This document shows positions 58,441 to 64,000 of a stretch of 64,000 nt of DNA, in pieces (the first letter of the stretch is position 1; each line of letters opens with the position of its first letter). The notes under the pieces were generated by a model that was not told the origin of the DNA, ran no database searches, and saw only the letters and a program-made list of their open reading frames with translations. This DNA is from a virus. Position numbers and translations under genes: made by a program. Location: positions 1 through 64,000 of the IMG/VR virus record IMGVR_UViG_3300032223_000428, one strand, 5' to 3'.

Positions 58441-58584
58441 ATGAATTTCGCTTTGATTCAATACCACAAATACTCTTTGGCAGAGATTGAAAATATGATA
58501 CCCTTTGAAAGAGAAATTTATGTACACATGTTAATTAACTATCTTGAAGAAGAAAAACAAAGACTAGATTCACAAAAGAGATAA
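58441..58584 (+). CDS. 51: Baseplate hub assembly catalyst gp51-like (missing from ORF track; frame open from 58393)
   Basis: (LINLCHESLVNYYK)MNFALIQYHKYSLAEIENMIPFEREIYVHMLINYLEEEKQRLDSQKR; HKYSL.EIENM.P.ER.IY motif. Confidence 0.85.
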   Translation: MNFALIQYHKYSLAEIENMIPFEREIYVHMLINYLEEEKQRLDSQKR

Positions 58585-58586
58585 AA

Positions 58587-60365
58587 ATGCCAAAAAGAAA
58601 AAGTAAACCACAACAACCTGCTGGAATCCAATCAATTCAGCAAACCATTACCCAATCAGTAGTTGCATGGGATGATGTCGCTTTTTCTAAATTACTCGAA
58701 ACTCAAAAAGCAGCTCTTGGTGAACTTACCGCAGTTAAAACATTACTTGAACTTTCCAAAGAAGTTAAAAAAGCAGAAACCCCTGTAGCAGAAGCACCCA
58801 CTAATACTAGAAATATTTCTCCAGAGATATTAGCACTTAGAGCATTAAAAGAAAAACAAGCTAAACAAATAACACCAACTGCTGCAGCTGCTGCACCTGA
58901 TCTTGATAGAATCCAAGAAAAGATGTTTGAAATTGCTAAAGAACATTTAAAAGTTAGCAGAAAAACACTAAAAACTCAAGAAGACTTTCAAAAAGAGTGG
59001 GATGTTGAAGCAAAGAATATTGCTGAGATGGCAAAGGGTATGAAAGTATTTAAATCTTTCGGTGAAAAAGCAGCTGATAAAAAAGCAGCATTATCTGAGA
59101 AATATGGAATTGCAAATGGTGGTTTAAAGAAAACTGTACTTGGTGCAATGAATGTTGGTGGAATCTTTAATAAAACATTAGCAAGAGATGAGTTCGTTAA
59201 GAAACAACAAGCACTTGGTAGCAAAGCATCTGTTAAAGAATTGAAATCAGATTTTGAAGGTGCTCAAACAGCAACAAAAGCAATTCAAAAGAACGAAAAG
59301 AAAATCCAAGATCTAAAAGATTTAACTGGTGCGGACGAAGATGAATTAAAAGTTCATCATTCTCATCTATTCGAAGAACGCCAGACACAAACAGAACAAT
59401 TGAGTAAGTACGATCGTGGTGCTAGATTATTCAGTCCAGATAAAAAGAATGCAAAACTGGCTGGATTAATACCAACTGCTGGTGCTCCTGTTATGGGCAA
59501 AACACCTACATCTGCAGCAGCGGACGTTGGTAAAACTGCTGAATCTGAAGAAGAAAATGGAAGAGTGCAAAAAGAGCAAGAAGAAACACTCAAGAAAATT
59601 GAAAAAAATACTGAGGGGTTGGGACTTATAAGTGCCAAGAAAGAAGAAAAGAAACCAGAGCCTGTTAAAGAAGAAGGTGGTATACTTAATACCATTATGA
59701 GTTTCTTGGGTGCAGGTTTGATAGCATCATTTAAAGCGATGTTTAATCCAAAAAATATTTTGAAATTCTTAGGTAAAGCATTCGCCATTGGTGCAATTAT
59801 TGGTGCATTATGGGAAGGTATTAGTGATGGTTTCGATGAGTTTATGAAGACAGGAGATATCGGTAAAGCACTTATTGCTGGTCTTGCTGGTATTATAGAC
59901 TTCTTAACATTCGGTCTATTCGATAAAGAAAAGATTAAAGCAGTTATCGGAGATATGGCTGCATGGACTAATGAACATATCGTTAAACCAGTGACAGAAT
60001 TTTTCACATCAATGAAAGATGCTTTTATGGGTATGCTATCTAAGATAGGCATCCCAGAAATAACATTATTAGATAATAAATTAACTGGTAAAGTTACTGT
60101 TGGTCCATTCTATCCATTTAAAGATACTGCACCAACACCAGCAGGAAAAACACCAGAAGCACCAACACCAACTTCTGCAAATACAGTTGAACAAAAATCT
60201 AGTGACAACAAAGCAGCAGAAATACAGGCTGGTGGTGCCACTACTAATACAACAGTCGTTAACGCTCCAGTTAATAATAATTCTACAACAAATAGAATGT
60301 CACAACCTGCTATTCGAAATCAAGAATCTAGTGTTTCTAGGTATATCGGTTCAAGATACGCATAA
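58587..60365 (+). CDS. Probable tape measure protein (gp29-like)
   Basis: 592 aa, helical Lys/Glu/Ala-rich with Gly/hydrophobic segments, C-terminal TTVVNAPVNNN; follows gp26/gp51. Confidence 0.65.
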   Translation: MPKRKSKPQQPAGIQSIQQTITQSVVAWDDVAFSKLLETQKAALGELTAVKTLLELSKEVKKAETPVAEAPTNTRNISPEILALRALKEKQAKQITPTAAAAAPDLDRIQEKMFEIAKEHLKVSRKTLKTQEDFQKEWDVEAKNIAEMAKGMKVFKSFGEKAADKKAALSEKYGIANGGLKKTVLGAMNVGGIFNKTLARDEFVKKQQALGSKASVKELKSDFEGAQTATKAIQKNEKKIQDLKDLTGADEDELKVHHSHLFEERQTQTEQLSKYDRGARLFSPDKKNAKLAGLIPTAGAPVMGKTPTSAAADVGKTAESEEENGRVQKEQEETLKKIEKNTEGLGLISAKKEEKKPEPVKEEGGILNTIMSFLGAGLIASFKAMFNPKNILKFLGKAFAIGAIIGALWEGISDGFDEFMKTGDIGKALIAGLAGIIDFLTFGLFDKEKIKAVIGDMAAWTNEHIVKPVTEFFTSMKDAFMGMLSKIGIPEITLLDNKLTGKVTVGPFYPFKDTAPTPAGKTPEAPTPTSANTVEQKSSDNKAAEIQAGGATTNTTVVNAPVNNNSTTNRMSQPAIRNQESSVSRYIGSRYA

Positions 60366-60391
60366 AAAAAGGGATCCAAAGATCCCTTTTA
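60364..60391. terminator. Bidirectional intrinsic terminator
   Basis: aaaaaaagggatc-caaa-gatccctttt between convergent tape measure and gp32 genes. Confidence 0.85.
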
Positions 60392-60410
60392 ATTTATAGA
60401 CAGTTAGATT

Positions 60411-61313
60411 TTATTCTTCCTGTGCAATCTTCTGGAAATAAGACATAACATCTTCGTCATCGTCCATTGATTTAACAACAGGCGCAGCTTTAGATGAAAT
60501 CTTTGGTGCAGAAGCAACTGGACGATCTTCTTCAGCAATCTGTGCAGCAGACTTGCTTGCAAAAGTATCACCAGACAAAACATCATTTAGTTTTTTCTTC
60601 AATTCATCGTATGACTTAAAGTTCTTACGATCCAAAAACTCAGACAACTTATACTGAGAATTTACGATACGTACCATTTCCTCATCATCATTCGATACAG
60701 GAGATGGGTCTTGGAATGCAGACTCATCATAGTTAGCGTAACCATCTTTCTTACGCATACGCAGTTTGAAGTTAGCACCTTCCCACAAATCAAACACGTT
60801 AACTGGCTTTTCGTCTTCGAAAGTTGGCTTTGCTTTATCCATAATCTTATCAAAGATTTTCTTACCAAACTTAAACAAGAATACCTTGCCTTCGTTTTCT
60901 GGATGTTTAGGATCAGAAACAACTAACACGTTGGCAATAAATGACAACTTACGTTTCTGTTTACGAGCAATTTCTTTGTTGGCATCAGAACCAGAGTTCC
61001 AAAGAGTGGTGTTCAATTCACCAACAGGGTCGTTCTCACCAAGAGTTGTTAGGGAGTTTTCTATATACCACTTTCCAGTTGGACCTTGGAATCCATGACT
61101 GAAGATACGAACCCATGGGAGTTCATCGCCTTCAACACGTGGTAGGAATCGGAGAGTTGATGTACCATTGCCAGCCTTGTCACCTTCAAGACGCCAAATA
61201 CGATTATCTTCGTATGACTTCTTTTCAGTTTGTGGATTAGCAATCTTATCGAATTCTCCAGAAATTTTAGAGAAGTCTTGATTGCGCATTTTGCGGAGTG
61301 TTTGAATGTCCAT
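60411..61313 (-). CDS. 32: Single-stranded DNA-binding protein gp32
   Basis: DKAGNG...RFLP, HGFQGPTGKWYIENSLTTLG..DPV, FGKKIFDK, FDLWEGANFKL, FKSYDELK, acidic tail. Confidence 0.97.
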   Translation of the reverse strand: MDIQTLRKMRNQDFSKISGEFDKIANPQTEKKSYEDNRIWRLEGDKAGNGTSTLRFLPRVEGDELPWVRIFSHGFQGPTGKWYIENSLTTLGENDPVGELNTTLWNSGSDANKEIARKQKRKLSFIANVLVVSDPKHPENEGKVFLFKFGKKIFDKIMDKAKPTFEDEKPVNVFDLWEGANFKLRMRKKDGYANYDESAFQDPSPVSNDDEEMVRIVNSQYKLSEFLDRKNFKSYDELKKKLNDVLSGDTFASKSAAQIAEEDRPVASAPKISSKAAPVVKSMDDDEDVMSYFQKIAQEE

Positions 61314-61330
61314 AGTATTTTCCTTTGTAT

Positions 61331-61552
61331 TTACTTTGTATTAGTATTATGTTGTATATTAATCTCATCATCTAAATCAATTTGATCATCAAAGTCTTCA
61401 TCGTTTAAATCATAATCTTCTTCAACATAACTATTTAGCATTCTCATACCACCAGTTTTTTTACCGTTGGTATGTCTGGCAGTTTTACCTGAACGCTTAC
61501 CAGAACCCTCATCATCATAACTCTTTGATGATTTATAATATGTCTTGCCCAT
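61331..61552 (-). CDS. Hypothetical protein (basic N-half, acidic C-half)
   Basis: 73-aa ORF between gp59 and gp32. Confidence 0.6.
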   Translation of the reverse strand: MGKTYYKSSKSYDDEGSGKRSGKTARHTNGKKTGGMRMLNSYVEEDYDLNDEDFDDQIDLDDEINIQHNTNTK

Positions 61553-61554
61553 AA

Positions 61555-62166
61555 TTACTCAACTATTTCGTCTAGGAAATGAGAAAATATCTTATTGATT
61601 TTGATCTTATCGTATTTAACGAATCCAGTCAACTTTTTAATTCGCAATAGTTCTTGGTTCCAAATATACTTAACTGAAGTATTTGTTTCCCATTGCAATA
61701 TGATTGGGTATATGTCATCAATAATCCTAAGTGTTTCTATTCCAATCTTTCCACCGATAAACAATTCTAGCGCAACAGGGTATGCTGAGTCAAAGAAATT
61801 AAATGTTGCAGATGGAGAAAGTTTATTTGTTTCAATATGTGTTAGTATAATCGCTAAGTCATCTATGAACTTTTGTGTTATACTCTGCTTTCGTTTAATC
61901 CACTCTGTTAAATTATCTTCTGCCTGTTGCCCCTCATATATTGCAGACTCATTACAGTATGCAAAATTAGCAACAAAAAATTGAATTAGTTCTCTATCTT
62001 CGCCATACTTGTTAGCGAGTTTCTCGAATATGTATCTATCATTACGAGCAGTAAATGCCTCACGAGTGCCTTTAACATTACCTCGATTTTCGAAGACGTT
62101 AAATTTTTCTGTTGTGAAGTGAAGTTTAATTGCTAGGTAATAACGATATGCTTTAAATCCGTCCAC
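61555..62166 (-). CDS. 59: Helicase loader gp59
   Basis: MDGFKAYRYYLAIKLHFT, F..RNDRY.FEKLA, FFVANF, IETL. Confidence 0.9.
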   Translation of the reverse strand: MDGFKAYRYYLAIKLHFTTEKFNVFENRGNVKGTREAFTARNDRYIFEKLANKYGEDRELIQFFVANFAYCNESAIYEGQQAEDNLTEWIKRKQSITQKFIDDLAIILTHIETNKLSPSATFNFFDSAYPVALELFIGGKIGIETLRIIDDIYPIILQWETNTSVKYIWNQELLRIKKLTGFVKYDKIKINKIFSHFLDEIVE

Positions 62167-62341
62167 TTAATTTCTTCCTACAGGCTTCTTTTACTTGAAT
62201 TGGAAAATCTGGTGAGATCTCAGCAATAGAACAATCATACTTTATAGTTCGTTTATCTGCTTGAACTGCAACATGCAGAATTGCTGTCATCATCAAAATA
62301 AGAATAACGAAAGGTAAAAAAAGCCAAAAATATTTAAACAT
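62153..62341 (-). CDS. Small membrane-anchored protein
   Basis: N-terminal hydrophobic helix, YDCSIAEISPDFP..VKEACR. Confidence 0.6.
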   Translation of the reverse strand: MFKYFWLFLPFVILILMMTAILHVAVQADKRTIKYDCSIAEISPDFPIQVKEACRKKLSGRI

Positions 62342-62549
62342 CTAATTTTGCCTGTTTTGGTAAATAGTTTAACTCACGAAAATCCATTTCAATTTTATCT
62401 TTAAGTGATTTATTTATCAGAGATGCAACATCATCTGGTTCCAAATAATTTTCTTTACAATATTCTAAAACAGCATCCATATAAGTGATTTTCTTATCAC
62501 GGACGATCTCTTCTATATGTAGTGAAAATTCATTTGATGATTTAAACAT
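62334..62549 (-). CDS. 33: Late transcription coactivator gp33
   Basis: FS..IE..V......YMDAVLEYC.EN.LE.DDVA.LI...LKDKIE....LNYL; start reassigned to ATG 62549. Confidence 0.88.
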   Translation of the reverse strand: MFKSSNEFSLHIEEIVRDKKITYMDAVLEYCKENYLEPDDVASLINKSLKDKIEMDFRELNYLPKQAKLDV

Positions 62550-62763
62550 GGGCTTGCTGTTTAATGTAATATTGGGTGACTCTAAGTTCTCTAACGAGAT
62601 CATGATATTCTTTCGATTTAGTTTTATACAGTTTCCAAATTGGTGTATCTGTTTTATCGGGATCCATCTTTCGTTCAAATTTTTCTAAGAACATTGTAAA
62701 GAATTTATCCATCTTCATAATTTCAACTTGAAGGTTATTGTATTTAGTTTCCAATTCAGTCAT
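62542..62763 (-). CDS. Hypothetical protein
   Basis: 73-aa ORF coupled to gp33. Confidence 0.6.
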   Translation of the reverse strand: MTELETKYNNLQVEIMKMDKFFTMFLEKFERKMDPDKTDTPIWKLYKTKSKEYHDLVRELRVTQYYIKQQAHV

Positions 62764-62772
62764 TATTATACC

Positions 62773-62958
62773 TTATTTGTCATTGCAAGACAAGTTGATC
62801 ATACTACCACCATAGAATGCAACATCTAAAGATAAAGCATCTACCTGATTCTGTAAATTATCTATCTTCAACTGCATATTTCTAATTTCTTCAAAATGTT
62901 CTTTACGAATTATTTCTAACTCTGCTTCTTTTTCAATGCATTTTGTACAGAACATCAT
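62773..62958 (-). CDS. Hypothetical coiled-coil protein
   Basis: 61 aa, CxxC near N-terminus, SD aaggag. Confidence 0.55.
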   Translation of the reverse strand: MMFCTKCIEKEAELEIIRKEHFEEIRNMQLKIDNLQNQVDALSLDVAFYGGSMINLSCNDK

Positions 62959-63140
62959 TTCTTCTCCTTAATAGAATTGATTACAAAATTGGCTTCTTTA
63001 AAATCACCTAGTTCCAAAAATCGTTCAATTATGATATCATAAATCATATCGACAGGTTTAGGTGTAGTAGAAACATAAACATATGATTGATTCAACTTAT
63101 CATAATTTACGTTATATGTAATACTTTTATAATCTTTCAT
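62955..63140 (-). CDS. Hypothetical protein
   Basis: 61 aa, SD gaggag, coupled to neighbours. Confidence 0.55.
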   Translation of the reverse strand: MKDYKSITYNVNYDKLNQSYVYVSTTPKPVDMIYDIIIERFLELGDFKEANFVINSIKEKK

Positions 63141-63141
63141 A

Positions 63142-63489
63142 TCATCTCCTCATTGAAGCAATATCTTTCGCTTCATCATCACTAAAAATTGGAACAGCAT
63201 TAGACTTATGCATAGTTCCAATACCTATAATCTTAGTACCTGTATATACTTTTTCTGGTGCTTTGGTGCATGCACCACCACTAAATGGAAGACTTGGAAT
63301 CTTAGGCGTCTCACGACGAGCAGGTTTCCCAAGTGAGTACACATCACTGAGTGATTGTTCTTTCTTTGGAACAATCGTCTTTGTGGCATACTTCTTTATC
63401 AATGCCTCCCAAGAGGCATCTAACTCACGCTGTTTAGCGTTAGGTTTTCTTTTCTTGGACTTACCAAGAGATGTATGTAGCATTTGCAT
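63142..63489 (-). CDS. Conserved T4-like phage hypothetical protein
   Basis: C-terminal VYTGTKIIGIGTMHKSNAVPIFSDDEAKDIASMRR. Confidence 0.7.
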   Translation of the reverse strand: MQMLHTSLGKSKKRKPNAKQRELDASWEALIKKYATKTIVPKKEQSLSDVYSLGKPARRETPKIPSLPFSGGACTKAPEKVYTGTKIIGIGTMHKSNAVPIFSDDEAKDIASMRR

Positions 63490-63491
63490 AA

Positions 63492-63986
63492 TTATTTCAC
63501 ATAAACATTGATCATCGATACATTCTTAATTATATCGTTTTTTGCCATAAAAGTCAATGGAATTTTTTGTTCTTCTTCTTCAAAAATAAAAATAGCTGGT
63601 TGATGGTAGGTAGTTTTGTACTTATTCAACCATTTGTTTTGGATAGAATCTCCTGAAGAGATATGTTTGTAAAGAGTGGTGTTAAACAATTGTTCGTGGA
63701 GAACCACATCTTTATCATTAATCTTTCCAATTATAATAATCCTTGGAGTTTCTGGCAAGTACATAGTAGATTCTAGAGAAGAACATTTTACTGAAGAATC
63801 ATATTTTGCACCAAAACATAACATAGTATCAGTGGAATTAGTAACATGTTCTGGTTTAGTTGCAGCAAAAACCCCAATTGAAGCAATAGCACCACCAATC
63901 CCAAATTGAGACAACATAGTAGAAAATAAACTTGTAGAAAGATTATCGTGGCTATTTGTGCTTACTTTACCTTCTTGATCTATCAC
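63492..63986 (-). CDS. Hypothetical protein (probably 5'-truncated by window edge)
   Basis: Frame stays open to the window end; one hydrophobic segment. Confidence 0.45.
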   Translation of the reverse strand: MIDQEGKVSTNSHDNLSTSLFSTMLSQFGIGGAIASIGVFAATKPEHVTNSTDTMLCFGAKYDSSVKCSSLESTMYLPETPRIIIIGKINDKDVVLHEQLFNTTLYKHISSGDSIQNKWLNKYKTTYHQPAIFIFEEEEQKIPLTFMAKNDIIKNVSMINVYVK

Positions 63987-64000
63987 AGAAAGAAAAGATT

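Noticed and set aside
62550-62678. N-terminal extension of gp33 given in the ORF track
   Set aside because: It overlaps the 62542-62763 gene in another frame; gp33 similarity begins at MFKSSNEF (62549).
1-64000. Stop-codon reassignment, tRNA genes, integrase or transposase
   Set aside because: All core genes are intact in the standard code, intergenic gaps are mostly too short for tRNAs and none was recognised, and no recombinase motifs were seen.

Overview
This window is 64 kb of a T4-like (Tevenvirinae-type, large myovirus) phage genome covering most of the virion morphogenesis region, read in standard genetic code. The minus strand from 54971 down to 1 carries baseplate genes (gp48, 53, 27-like, 5, PAAR, 25, 6, 7-like, 8), a 2258-aa DUF4815-type structural protein, a fibre/adhesin block including a 3001-aa modular protein, and neck, tail, packaging and head genes (gp13, 14, 15, 17, 18, 19, 20, 67-like, 21, 22 and the 5' part of gp23). 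A short plus-strand operon (gp4, gp2, gp54-like, holin, gp16, gp26, gp51, tape measure) converges on gp32/gp59/gp33. The most notable feature is a cassette at 27472-33484. It begins with a tail-fibre gene whose last ~107 aa abruptly become His-rich and end in NCINCNCNC. Directly downstream are an unknown protein, a radical SAM/SPASM enzyme, a small ORF, a signal-less TRAP solute-binding protein and an asparagine-synthetase-like ATP pyrophosphatase. This suggests RiPP-style post-translational modification of a virion fibre tip (inference). Second, a T TTT TTT slippery site predicts a -1 frameshift fusing gp26 to gp51 just upstream of the tape-measure gene, analogous to lambda G/GT. Also seen are a gp5 carrying GH19 and M15 peptidase domains, shared CBM-like and Gly-rich modules inserted into several core virion proteins, and a [CA]TAAATA late-promoter set. 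All assignments come from motif recognition by eye; no searches were run.
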